Shown one piece after another: positions 9,950-22,524 of a stretch of 64,000 bases of DNA; position 1 is the first letter of the stretch; each line of letters starts with the position of its first letter. The stretch comes from an uncultured Gemmatimonadales bacterium (GTDB taxonomy: Bacteria > Gemmatimonadota > Gemmatimonadetes > Longimicrobiales > Gaopeijiaceae): positions 493,369 through 557,368 of the forward strand of contig CAWGKG010000012.1 in NCBI GenBank assembly GCA_963823035.1, in the 5' to 3' direction. Made by a program: the position numbers and the translations under genes. Below the pieces are notes generated by a model. The model was not told where the DNA came from and searched no databases. It was given only the letters and a program-made list of their open reading frames with translations.

Positions 9950-11217
9950 ATGAGCGCGCGCGTCGTGGTGGTGGGAGGAGGCATCATCGGCGTGAGCTGC
10001 GCGTACCATCTGGCGCTGCGCGGGGCCGACGTGGTGCTCCTCGAGCGGGAGAGCCTCGGCGCCGGGGCGTCGTACGGGAACGCGGGTACGGTGAGCGCGG
10101 GGCACCCCCCGCTCAACAAGCCCGGTCGGGTGCGGCGCGCGATCCTCCAGATGATGGATCCCACCAGCCCGCTGTACATCCGACCGCGTTGGGATCCCGC
10201 GCTCTTCCGGTGGCTCGTGGACTTCGCGCGCCACTGCACGGAGGAGCACGTGCGTGCCGCCATGCAGGTGATGGCGCCGCTCGGCCTGGAGGCGCTGCGC
10301 CTCTTCGACGGGCTGATGGAGGAGGAGTCCATCGACTGCGGCTATCGGCGCGACGGGTACTTCGACGTGTGCCTCACGAGCGAGGGGCTCCGCGAGGCGC
10401 GTCACGAGGCCGGGATCATCCGCGACCACGGCTACCACCCCGAAGGTGATGGACGGCGAGGGGCTCCGCCGTGCGGAGCCCGCGCTCGCCGAGGGCGTGG
10501 TGGGCGGCATCTTCTACCCGGAGGCGGCCACGCTGGACCCCTTCCGTCTCGTGACCGGGCTGGGGGACGCGTTGCGCCGGCGCGGCGTGGAGGTACGCGA
10601 GGGCGCGTCCGTCGCGGAGCCGTTGGAGCGCGGCGGGCGGGTGCGAGGCGTGCAGCTCGAGGACGGCACCGCCGTCGAGGCGGATGTCACGGTGCTGGCC
10701 ACGGGTCCGTTCAGCCTGGCGCTTGCCGCGCCGCCTCGGAACGCGGCTACCGGTGCAGCCGGGGAAGGGCTACCACCGGGATCTCCCGATCGGTCCGGGG
10801 GGCGCACCCGACCTGCGCGTGGCGTGTGTGCTCAACGAGCGCTCGGTCTTCTGTACGCCGATGAGCGGCTTCGTGCGCTTCGCGGGCACGATGGAGTTCT
10901 CCGGGCTGAATCTCGAGATGCGCCCCGAGCGTCTCGACCAGCTGACGCGCAGCGCGAAGAGGTACTTCCCCGCGCTGGAAGCGGAGAGCCCGCTCTCCGA
11001 GTGGGTCGGACTGCGCCCGATGGCCTCGGACGGGCTGCCGATCGTCGGTCCGCTTCCCGGCGCGGAGGGAGTGTGTGTCGCCACCGGCCACGGAATGCTC
11101 GGCGTGACGCTGGGGCCGGTCACAGGCAGCATCGTGGCGGATTGGGTGCTGGATGGCGCGACCGACGAGACCTGGGCGCGGCTCGCCCCGGCGCGCTTTG
11201 CGCCGGAGCCGCGCTAG
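9950..11217 (+). CDS. FAD-dependent D-amino acid dehydrogenase-like oxidoreductase; frameshifts near 10445 and 10730
   Basis: GGGIIG, GASYGNAG, PGKGY, WVGLRP, ATGHGMLG..LGP spread over three frames. Confidence 0.88.
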
Positions 11218-13796
11218 CGGGGCTCGCCGCCGCCCCGAGCGCTGCCGAGCAACCCGGCGATCTCGGCCAACCGGGGATGGTCGGGTGCGAGAACGCCCCG
11301 GTAGGTGGCGAGCGCGGACTCGAGCAGGCGGGCGCCCTCGTCGTGGCGGCCCACCTTCACGAGCAGCTGCGCCCAGTCGACCTCCACGCTCGCCTCCAGG
11401 AGGGAGTCCGGACCGTAGGCCGCCCGCAGCGCGTCGGAGGCAAGCCGGTACGTGCGCAGCGCGTCGGCGGTGCGACCCTGCCCGGCGAGGAGTCCGGCGA
11501 GCGACTGGAGCGCGGCCCCGTGCAGATCGGGGCGGGGCTGCGAGGTCGCCTCGAACATGCGGATGGCCTGGCGCAGGGCGGCCTCCGCCTCGGTCGGGTC
11601 GCCGCTGCGGGCCAGGTGCCGCCCCAGGCTGAAGAGGCTCTGCGCGAGTGAGGAGATGTTGCCCCCGTCCGCGTCGCCGTAGAGCCGCTCGTCGACGGAG
11701 ACCGCTTCGCGCAGGAGGACGGTGGCGCTGTCCTGGTTGCCCTGCTGCACCGCCACGGACGCCATCCCGATCAGGATGGGAGGAACGTTCGGATCGTCGT
11801 GGCCATGGAGGTCTTCCACGATCCGCAGCGCTTCCGCATACAGCGGCGCCGCCTCCGCGCTCGACCGCTGGACCTGCAGGTACTCGGCGAGGAGATAGAG
11901 CGCCTGTGCGTACGGCTCGTCGTGCGTCATCTCGAGCGTTCGGAAGGCACGGACCGACTCGCGGAACTCCCGCTCGGCCGCCGACGCGTCGCCCGCAAGG
12001 TGGAGCGTCCTGGCGAGGTCGAAGGTGGCGAGCGCGACCGTGGCATCGTCGGGCCCCCTCACGGAGCGGTGCAGGTCGCGCGCGTCGCGGAGCACCGTCG
12101 CGGCCTCCTCCAGCTCACCTTGGTCGAGCAGGGCGGTGCCGAGCTCCGACAGGGTCGTGGCACGGTCCTCCGGGCGGATCTCGCGCAGGTGTTGCTGCAG
12201 CGAGACCGCCTGGCGAAGGAGCTCGACGGCGGACTCGTTGAGACCGAGGTGATGATAGACCGAGCCGAGCACGGTCATCATCTCGGCCTGGAGCTCGGCC
12301 TCTCCGGCGTGGTCGTGTTGGATCTTCTCGGCGCCTCGATCCAGAAGCTCCCGCGCCGTGAGCGTCTCGCCGTCGGCGAGGGCCGGATTGGCCACCTCGA
12401 ACAGCTCGCGCATGAAGTGGGAGATCTCCTCGGCGCGGTCGCGCTCGCGGGCGATCTCCTCCGATTGGTCGCGGGTCGTCAGCGCGAAGCGCACCAGGAG
12501 GACGACGAGCGTGCTCAGCAGCACCACCACCGTGGCGGCCGCGGACACCGCGAGGGCGTTCCGGGTGAGGAAGCGGGACGCCACGTAGCGGAAGCCCTCC
12601 GGCCGGGCCTTCACCGGGAAGCCTTCGATGTGCCGCCGGATGTCCTCGGCCAGCGCCTCCACGGAGGCGTAGCGCCGGTCGGTCTCCTTGCGGAGCGCCT
12701 TCAGCACGATGTTGTCGAGGTCGCCACGAAGCCTGCGGCCGAGCGCGCGTACGCTGAGCCCCATCGCGTTGGCGGCCGTGACCACGTCCCGCGTCTCCGG
12801 CGTCACCTCGGCGGTGGCCTTCGCCCAGCGGGCGATCCGGTGCGAGGGCACCGGCACCGGATGCTTGCAGATGGCGTCCATCCACGACGCCTCCGTGGCC
12901 ACCTCGTACGGGGGCACGCCGGTCAGCAGTTCGTGCAGGATCACGCCGAGCGTGTAGACGTCGGACGCGGTCGTCACGGGCTCGCCCTTGAGCTGCTCCG
13001 GGCTGGCGTAACGCGGGGTCATGAGGCGGCCGCCGAGGCTCGTGGCGGTCAGCGTGCCCTCGCCCGGCTCGATCAGGCGGGCGATGCCGAAGTCGAGCAG
13101 CTTCACCTGACCCTCGGCCGTCACCAGGACGTTGTTCGGCTTGAGATCCCGGTGGACGACGAGCTTGCGGTGCGCGAAGGAAACGGCGTCGCACACGTTC
13201 AAGAAGAGCCGCAGGCGCTCCTCGAACCCGACCTGGCGGAGGCGGCAGAACTCCGTGAGCGGGAGTCCCCGCACGTACTCCATCACGAAGTACGGCGTGC
13301 CGTCGTCGGTCATCCCTCCGTCGTAGAGACGCGCGATGTTCGGATGCTCGAGGCGCGCGAGGATCCGCCGCTCCTCGAGGAATCGGCGGTGGGACTCCGG
13401 CGTGGCAGCCCCGACCGGGAGCAGCTTGAGCGCGGCCGTCAGCTCGAACTGGCCGTCCGCGCGCTCCGCGGTGTACACCACGCCCATGCCGCCGCGGCCC
13501 AACAGGGCGCCCAGGCGATACGCCCCCACGCGGCGGCCCTCCATGTCCGTGTCGGGGCCGGGGCGCCCCTTGGGGCCGGAGGCCTCCTGCGTGATGCCCG
13601 CACGTCCGGCCAGATCCGTGAAGTACGCGTCCGCCTCGGTCGCTGCCTGGATCAGCGACTCCACCTCGGCGCGCAGCCCGTGGTCGTCCGCGCACACGCG
13701 ATCCAGGTAGGCACCCCGCTCCGTCGACGCCAGCTCGAGGGCATCCGCGAGAATCTCCTGCACCCGCTCCCAGCGTTCGGCTTCCGTTACGCTCAT
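11214..13796 (-). CDS. Hanks-type Ser/Thr protein kinase with TM helix and C-terminal TPRs
   Basis: LGRGGMGVVY, HRDLKPNN, DFG, YASPE; TM segment; TPR-like repeats. Confidence 0.95.
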   Translation of the reverse strand: MSVTEAERWERVQEILADALELASTERGAYLDRVCADDHGLRAEVESLIQAATEADAYFTDLAGRAGITQEASGPKGRPGPDTDMEGRRVGAYRLGALLGRGGMGVVYTAERADGQFELTAALKLLPVGAATPESHRRFLEERRILARLEHPNIARLYDGGMTDDGTPYFVMEYVRGLPLTEFCRLRQVGFEERLRLFLNVCDAVSFAHRKLVVHRDLKPNNVLVTAEGQVKLLDFGIARLIEPGEGTLTATSLGGRLMTPRYASPEQLKGEPVTTASDVYTLGVILHELLTGVPPYEVATEASWMDAICKHPVPVPSHRIARWAKATAEVTPETRDVVTAANAMGLSVRALGRRLRGDLDNIVLKALRKETDRRYASVEALAEDIRRHIEGFPVKARPEGFRYVASRFLTRNALAVSAAATVVVLLSTLVVLLVRFALTTRDQSEEIARERDRAEEISHFMRELFEVANPALADGETLTARELLDRGAEKIQHDHAGEAELQAEMMTVLGSVYHHLGLNESAVELLRQAVSLQQHLREIRPEDRATTLSELGTALLDQGELEEAATVLRDARDLHRSVRGPDDATVALATFDLARTLHLAGDASAAEREFRESVRAFRTLEMTHDEPYAQALYLLAEYLQVQRSSAEAAPLYAEALRIVEDLHGHDDPNVPPILIGMASVAVQQGNQDSATVLLREAVSVDERLYGDADGGNISSLAQSLFSLGRHLARSGDPTEAEAALRQAIRMFEATSQPRPDLHGAALQSLAGLLAGQGRTADALRTYRLASDALRAAYGPDSLLEASVEVDWAQLLVKVGRHDEGARLLESALATYRGVLAPDHPRLAEIAGLLGSARGGGEPR

Positions 13797-13807
13797 CGCC
13801 GTTCGGG

Positions 13808-14404
13808 TCAGTCGGGCCGCGCGGTCGTGCTCGGGTCGGCCTGCATCTCTCGGTAGAGCCAGGCCCGGGCGGCGCTCCAGTCGCGTTTGACCGTCGCGGG
13901 AGACGTCTCGAGAGCGTCCGCCGTCTCCTCCACGGTGAAGCCGGCGTAGAAGAGGCACTCCACCACGCGGGCCTGGCGGGGGCTCATCGCCTCCAGGCGC
14001 TTCAGCGCCGCGTCCAGCGTGAGGATCTCGTCGAGCGCTTCGTCCGTCGCTGCGTCCGCTTCATGCAACGTGACGTGCGAGGCGCCGCCGCCCCGTTTCT
14101 GCGCCCCTTTCTTCTCGGCGTAGTTGATCAGCACCTGGCGCATCGCCTGCGCTGCCACCGCGAAGAAGTGGCTGCGGTTCTCGTACCGGGGATTGTTGGA
14201 GGAGGCCACCTTGAGGTAGGCCTCGTGGATGAGCGCCGTCGTGTCCAGGGTGTTGTTGCCCTGCCAACCGCGACGGCGCGAGCGCGCGAGCTGGCGCAGC
14301 CGCGGATAGACGGACGCGAAGACTTCGTCCAGGGCACCGTCGTGCCCCCTGCCGGCGGCCATCAGGAGCTGGGTGATCTCCTGGAGGTCGGACCCATCCG
14401 CCAT
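13808..14404 (-). CDS. ECF sigma factor, kinase-associated (ECF43/TIGR02999-like)
   Basis: ITQLL, TLDTTALIHEAYLK, HFFAVAAQAMRQVL, KRGGG, TVKRDWSAARAWL. Confidence 0.93.
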   Translation of the reverse strand: MADGSDLQEITQLLMAAGRGHDGALDEVFASVYPRLRQLARSRRRGWQGNNTLDTTALIHEAYLKVASSNNPRYENRSHFFAVAAQAMRQVLINYAEKKGAQKRGGGASHVTLHEADAATDEALDEILTLDAALKRLEAMSPRQARVVECLFYAGFTVEETADALETSPATVKRDWSAARAWLYREMQADPSTTARPD

Positions 14405-14574
14405 CTGAGCCCCCCATGCTCGGGTTCCGGTATGCCCAACGGGAGCGAGCCTCCGGTGGACGGCGAGGCTTCAGGATACGCCGGGGCGGTGTCTCTCCAC
14501 AACGAACTTCCCAGGATCACGCCTGGGGTACGCGTGGGCGACGGGCGGGCGAAACGGGACGGGAGGGGGCGATC

Positions 14575-15294
14575 ATGGGTGGATCGGGGGCGGTGAGGCT
14601 GTTGGACGTCGGCGTTCCGCGCTTCTTCACGCGCCGAAGGCCGGTGGCGGTGCCCGAGGTCGTGGGCCCGGCGCCGACGCCGCGCGAGGAGCAGGAGCCG
14701 AGGGCGGAGGCCCTCCTCCTCGTCGAGTTGGACGGATGGGCGCAGCGCCTCCAAGCCGACCCGACCAGCGCGCGGCGCATGCGCGCGCGGGTCCGGCGCA
14801 TGGTCCGCGGCGCGGCCCTGCGCTACGCCGGAGAGGTGGAGCGCGAGGAGCACGGCTCGGTCGTCTGTCGCTTCTCCTGGATGCGGGGTGCCGCCCTCGC
14901 GGCGGCACACGTCCGCTCGGCGCTCGGCGGCGACGGCGGAATCCCCGTGCGCATGGTGGTGCATCGGGCGGGCCGGGCCGACGCCGTGGCGGGCGCGGCC
15001 GTGCTGCGCGACCTCGCTCGCGCAGGAGACATCCTCCTCGCCGGTGAAGTGGCAAGCAGGCGCGGCGGGCACGGCGTCGGGGACGCGGCGGCGTCCCTCG
15101 GGACCTTCCTGCTCGCCGGGGTGCCGGGGCCGATCCGGGTGTCCGTGCTCGAGACGGCCGTGCGCGATACGCCGCGGGAGGCGGCCGTCTGGGGCGCACC
15201 GTGGATGGCACGACTGGGCCGGAAAGGGCTGGCTGAGGGCGCCGGAGGCGGGGCAGGCGGCCTCCCGGAAGCGACGCTCGGCCGGCGAGGGTGA
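14575..15294 (+). CDS. Hypothetical protein with a degenerate class III nucleotidyl cyclase-like domain
   Basis: Pattern LLLVELDGW..., GEV...G.VVCRF, PVRMVVH, AGDILL, LGTFLLAGVPGPIRV. Confidence 0.55.
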   Translation: MGGSGAVRLLDVGVPRFFTRRRPVAVPEVVGPAPTPREEQEPRAEALLLVELDGWAQRLQADPTSARRMRARVRRMVRGAALRYAGEVEREEHGSVVCRFSWMRGAALAAAHVRSALGGDGGIPVRMVVHRAGRADAVAGAAVLRDLARAGDILLAGEVASRRGGHGVGDAAASLGTFLLAGVPGPIRVSVLETAVRDTPREAAVWGAPWMARLGRKGLAEGAGGGAGGLPEATLGRRG

Positions 15295-15297
15295 CCG

Positions 15298-15843
15298 CTA
15301 CAGGTCGAGGCGCAGCTCGTCGGGGTGGATCCGGCTCGCCTCCGTGGCGCCGTCCGCGTGCACGTTCTCGACCGCGAGGAGCGCGACCTTCACGCCCAGC
15401 CCGCCGGTGAAGCCACCCAGGCGACCGTCCGCGGCCACCACCCGGTGGCAGGGAATCACGATGGGGATCGGGTTGGCGCCCACGGCCTGCCCGACGGCCC
15501 GCGCGAGCTCCGCACGCCCGACGGCCTCGGCGAGCTCTCCGTAGGTGGTCACGCGCCCATGCGGGATCTTCACCAACCGGGTGTACACGTCGCGCTGGAA
15601 ATCCGTGGCTGCATCGAGGTCGAGCGGGAGGTCGAAATCGCGGCGCTCCCGGCGGAAGTACTCCTCGATCTGCCGCACGACGTCGCGGAGGAGGGGCGGC
15701 CAACTGTCCGGCGGGTCGGGATGCCCGTCTTCCGGAAGGGGGCCGAACTCGATGCGGCGCAGCCCGCGGGCCGAGACCCATACGGTGAGGGGCCCGGCGG
15801 GGGTGTCGCTCAGGTGGGCGGAGTGGATGTCCGTGGCGCTCAG
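15298..15843 (-). CDS. ogt: Methylated-DNA--protein-cysteine methyltransferase
   Basis: TDFQ, IPHG..TYGELA, ARAVG.AVGANP, IPCHRV; start codon unclear (CTG or indel). Confidence 0.92.
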   Translation of the reverse strand: MSATDIHSAHLSDTPAGPLTVWVSARGLRRIEFGPLPEDGHPDPPDSWPPLLRDVVRQIEEYFRRERRDFDLPLDLDAATDFQRDVYTRLVKIPHGRVTTYGELAEAVGRAELARAVGQAVGANPIPIVIPCHRVVAADGRLGGFTGGLGVKVALLAVENVHADGATEASRIHPDELRLDL

Positions 15844-16292
15844 TGCTCCTCGCTCTCCCCGGTCTTCTTGAGCGCCTCCTGGAGCGCGTCGAACCCCAGG
15901 AGGGCGCACTTGACGCGCACCGGGAACTTGCTGACTCCTGCCAGCGCCCGGAGGTCGCCCATGCCACGATCCTTCGCGGCGTCGGCGTCCCCGTGCATCA
16001 TCGCCTTGAAGCGCTCGGCGAGGGCGTCCGCGTCCGACAGCGACCTGCCCGTGACGAGCGAGGTCATCATGCTCACGGCGGCCTGGGAGATGGAGCAACC
16101 CTGGCCGACGAACTTCGCCTCCTCGATGCGGTCGCCGTCGATGCGGAGCTGGAGACGGATCTCGTCTCCACACGACGGATTGCGCATATGGATCTCCACG
16201 GTCTTCTCGGGGAGCTCCCCCTTGTTCCGCGGCTTCCGGTAGTGCTCGAGGATGAGCTGTTGGTAAAGCGAGTTGAGAGGTGGCGTCTCCAT
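15840..16292 (-). CDS. sufU: SUF system SufU/IscU-type protein
   Basis: LYQQLILEH, NPSCGD, GCSISQA, RVKCA. Confidence 0.95.
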   Translation of the reverse strand: METPPLNSLYQQLILEHYRKPRNKGELPEKTVEIHMRNPSCGDEIRLQLRIDGDRIEEAKFVGQGCSISQAAVSMMTSLVTGRSLSDADALAERFKAMMHGDADAAKDRGMGDLRALAGVSKFPVRVKCALLGFDALQEALKKTGESEEH

Positions 16293-16374
16293 GACGGCCC
16301 CTTTTGGCGTTCGGATTCAGCAATGTACGTGGTCGCGCGCGGCGCGACAGGATCCGGCGTGTCCCGCGGGTGCG

Positions 16375-17602
16375 TCAGCCGAAGATGCCGCGCACCACTT
16401 CCAGGGCCTGCACGAGCCGGTCCACCTCCTCCTTCGTGTTGTAGAGGTAGAACGACGCCCGGGCGGTGGCGGACACCCCGTAGCGCTTCATGACGAGCTG
16501 CGCGCAGTGGTGGCCGGCGCGAACGGCAATGCCCTCCGAGTCGAGGATCGTGGAGATGTCGTGGGGGTGCGCGTCGCCCAGCGTGAACGACAACACCGCC
16601 ACGCGCTCCTCCGGCGACTCCGGCCCGAAGATGCGGATCCCCGGGATGGCGCCGAGCCGCTCCATGCGCGTACTCGAGCAGCGCGCGCTCGTGCGCCGCG
16701 ACGGCGTCGGCGTCGAGCGACGCCAGGAAGTCCACCGCCGCGCCCATCCCGATCGCGCCGGCGATGTTCGGCGTGCCCGCCTCGAACTTGTGCGGCACCT
16801 CCGCCCACGTGCTCATGTCGCGCTCGACGAACTCGATCATCTCGCCGCCGCCCTGATAGGGCTCCATCGACTCGAGCAGGTCGCGCCGCGCCCACAGCGC
16901 ACCGATGCCCGTGGGCGCGCACATCTTGTGGCCGCTGAAGGCGTAGAAGTCGACGCCCAGCTCCTGCACGTCGACGTCGCGATGCACGGCGCCCTGCGCC
17001 CCGTCCACCAGCACGAGCGCTCCGGCGTCGTGCGCGGCCTGGGCGATCTCCTTCACCGGATTGATCGTGCCGAGCGCGTTCGACACGTGGTTGAAGGCGA
17101 CCAGCCGGGTCCGGTCCGTCAGGAGGGAGGGGAGGTCTTCGAGAATCAGCCTGCCCTGCTCGTCGATCTCGATGTAGCGGAGCTTCGCACCCTTGCGGCG
17201 CGCGAGGAGCTGCCAGGGCACCAGGTTCGAGTGGTGCTCCATGACGGTGAGGAGGATCTCGTCCCCCTCGCGCACGTCATCGAGCCCCCAGGCGCTCGCC
17301 ACCAGGTTGATCGCTTCGGTGGTGCCGCGCGTCCAGATCAGCTCGGCGGGGTCGGGTGCGTTGATGAAGCGGGCGACCTTGGCCCGCGCCTCCTCGTACG
17401 CGAGGGTCGCGCGCCGGGACAGCTCGTGGATGCCGCGGTGCACGTTCGCGTTGTCGTGCAGGTAGTAGGCGTCCACCGCATCGAGGACGGCGCGAGGCTT
17501 CTGCGAGGTGGCGGCGTTGTCGAGATAGACCAGGGGCTTGCCGTTCACTTCCTGGTCGAGCGTCGGGAACTCACGCCGCAGCGCGGCGACGTCGAGGCTC
17601 AC
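16375..17602 (-). CDS. sufS: Cysteine desulfurase; frameshift near 16665
   Basis: YLDNAATSQKP, SGHK, KFEAGTP; RAGHHCA in the second frame. Confidence 0.95.
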
Positions 17603-17605
17603 GGC

Positions 17606-17915
17606 CTAGATCTCCACGTAGATCCCGTCCTCCCGCGTCTCCACCCGGAACGACTTCACCGGGCGGACGGCGGGAAGGGCACGGTTCTTCCCCGTGCACG
17701 CGTCGAAGCGCGCGCCGTGATAGATGCACACGATCTGGTTCCCCTCGAGCTCCCCGTCCGAGAGCGGATAGGACTCGTGGGAGCACTGGTCCTCCAGCGC
17801 GCAGATGTCGCCGTCCACGTTGGCGAGCACAACCGCACGGTCGCCGGCCATGGCGCAGACGAGCTGCCCCGGCGGGCACGCGTCAGACATCCGCTACCCG
17901 CACCCAATCAGCCAC
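17606..17915 (-). CDS. Rieske-type [2Fe-2S] ferredoxin; frameshift near 17885
   Basis: CSH...CIYH ligands; N-terminal VADWVRVADV lies in the adjacent frame. Confidence 0.9.
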
Positions 17916-17926
17916 GCCGCACGCCC

Positions 17927-19262
17927 TCACGCATGGTGGGCGAGCTTCTCCTCGATCACCCGTGTGACCTTCATGCCCACGCCACCGAGGGGGAGACGGG
18001 CGAGGACCTCGCCGAGGAAGCCGAGCACCACCAGGCGCTCCGCGGCGGTGCGTTTGATGCCGCGGCTCATGAGGTAGAACTTCGCCTCGTCGTCCAGCTG
18101 ACCGACCGTCGCCCCGTGCGAGCACTTCACGTCGTCGGCCTCGATCTCGAGGTTCGGCAACGAGTCCGCGCGAGCGTTCGGGGAGAGCAGGAGGTTGCGG
18201 TTCGTCTGGTAGGCGTCGGTGCGCTGCGCGCCCTTGTGCACGCGGATGATCCCGCGGAACACAGCGCGGCTGTGGCCGTCGAGCGCACCCTTGTAGAGCA
18301 GGTCGCTGCCGGCGTTGTCGGCCACGTGGTCCTGGCTGGTGTTGAAGTCGAAATGCTGGTCATCGTCGCCGAAGTAGAGACCCAGCATGTCCGAGTTCGA
18401 GCCGGCGCCGAGGAGTCGAGCATTGAGGTCGATGCGCGTCGTCGTGCCGCCGAGCGCGACGTTGAGCGTGTCCAGCGTCGAGTCCCGCTGGGCCAGCGTA
18501 CGCTGCACGGCCTGGTAGAAGCCGCCCTTGCCCAGGCGCTGCACGGCGACGTACTGCACCTGCGCGCCGTCCTGCGCGATCACTTCGACCGCGGAGGACG
18601 TGAGCGTCTGGCGCTCGAAGTCGTCGCTGAGCACCTCGTCGACGTAGGAGATCCGCGAAGCCGTCTCGGCCACGATGAGCGTGCGGCTGAAGTAGGCCAC
18701 ACCCGATTCGCTGAACCAGCGCGTGACCCGCACCGGGCTGTCGAGCTTCACGCCGCGCGGCACGTGCAGGAAGATCCCGTCGTTCCAGAGCGCGGCGTTG
18801 AGCGCGGCGAACTTCCCCTCTTCGGGCGGCACGGCTTTGGTGGCGAGGTACTCCTTCACCAGCTCGGGGTGTGTCTCGATGGCGTCGTGCAGCGACGCGA
18901 GCACCACACCCTTGGCGGTCAGCGCCGCGTCGAGCTCGGTGTGCACCACGTGTCCGTCGATGAGCACGATGCGCCCGGAAGCTTCGCGGTCGAGCGCCAT
19001 CGCCTCACGCAGACGCATCGGCCAAGCCGTCGAATCGTCGGCTGGGGCGGGCGTCGAGCTCAGCTCGAGCGCGTCGAGGTCGAGCTTCTTCTTCAGGTCC
19101 GTATACCGCCACTCTTCCAGCTTGGTGGTCGGCATCGGCGTGCGCTCGTAGACGTCCCAGGCGTGATCGCGGCGCTCGCACAGCCACTGCGGCTCCCTGG
19201 CGGAGACCCTTCCTACCGCCGCGCCGTTGATCGCCTTGGTCACGCCTTCCATGAGGCCGGTG

Positions 19263-19270
<8 letters not shown>
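17927..19270 (-). CDS. sufD: Fe-S cluster assembly protein SufD
   Basis: [33 protein letters not shown]. Confidence 0.95.
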
Positions 19271-20679
<1,409 letters not shown>

Positions 20680-20701
20680 GGCAGTTGTCCCTCCTGATTC
20701 C

Positions 20702-21504
<803 letters not shown>

Positions 21505-21547
21505 CGGTCCTCACATCGTCGGAACGCAGGGACGTGTGTCCCTTATC

Positions 21548-21566
21548 AAGAATGATTCTCGGTTTC
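21548..21566 (-). promoter_or_regulatory. Fur-box-like operator upstream of sufC
   Basis: Minus strand GAAACCGAGAATCATTCTT matches GATAATGATAATCATTATC at 13/19, within an AT-rich patch about 45 bp before sufC. Confidence 0.6.
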
Positions 21567-21596
21567 AAAACCTAACCCACTCACGGTAGGAATCAA

Positions 21597-22497
21597 GTGG
21601 ATCGAGGCCCGCGTGCCAAGCGCGGAGACGGCCATCCAGAGAGCCCTTCCGAGGGGCGCACGGGTACCCCCGACGTGGACCTCGGGTCCCTGGGCGGGCG
21701 CATCTGGTTGGTCCTCGGCGGAGGCGGCCTGAAGGGCCTGGCGCACATCGGTGCGTGGCGGGCGCTGACCGAGGCCGGCGTCTCGGTCGCCGGCATCGTC
21801 GGCACGAGCATCGGCGCGCTCGTCGGGGCGCTCATCGCGTCGGGAGCGAGCTGGCAGGATATGCGGCGCCTGGCGCGGGTCGCTCACACGAGCGGACATC
21901 GTGCGCGTGAACCGCCGCGCCGTCCTGTTCAACGGCATCCGCCAGGTCAGCGTCTTCCGGGGAGACGTGCTCCAGGACTACTACGCGTCGATCCTCCCCG
22001 AGGGCGGGTGGCAGGCGCTGCGCATCCCCCTCCTGGTGAACGCGGTGGACCTGGCGACCGGTCGAACGGAGTGGTTCGGTACGGGGGAGCGGACCGACGT
22101 TCCGATGGCCGATGCGCTCTACGCCTCGTCGGCGCTGCCCGTGCTCTACCCCCCCGCGATGATCGGGGAGGCCGCCTTCGTGGACGGCGGTACCGAGCAT
22201 CCGCTGGCGCTCGCCCGGGCGGCCGAGACCGACGCGACGGGCCTGATCGGCGTGGACGTGGGTGCGGGTGAGACCGGAGAGAGCGAGCGCATCCTCGAAC
22301 AGGGGATGATCGCCGTGCACCAGCGGATCTTCGCGATCATGACCTACCGCCGCCGGAACGATCTCGTGCGCCACTGGGACGGGATGCCGCTGCTCTACGT
22401 CCGTCCCCGCCTCGACGGTTTCGGCACCTTCGACTTCGACCAGATCGAGTACTTCGTGGAGGAGGGCTACCGCGCGATGTCCCGGGCGCTCCCCTGA
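21597..22497 (+). CDS. Patatin-like phospholipase; frameshift near 21880
   Basis: GGGLKG, GTSIG, ASSALP, DGG. Confidence 0.9.
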
Positions 22498-22524
22498 GCT
22501 GGAGACGCGGCTCCCGACGGGTCG

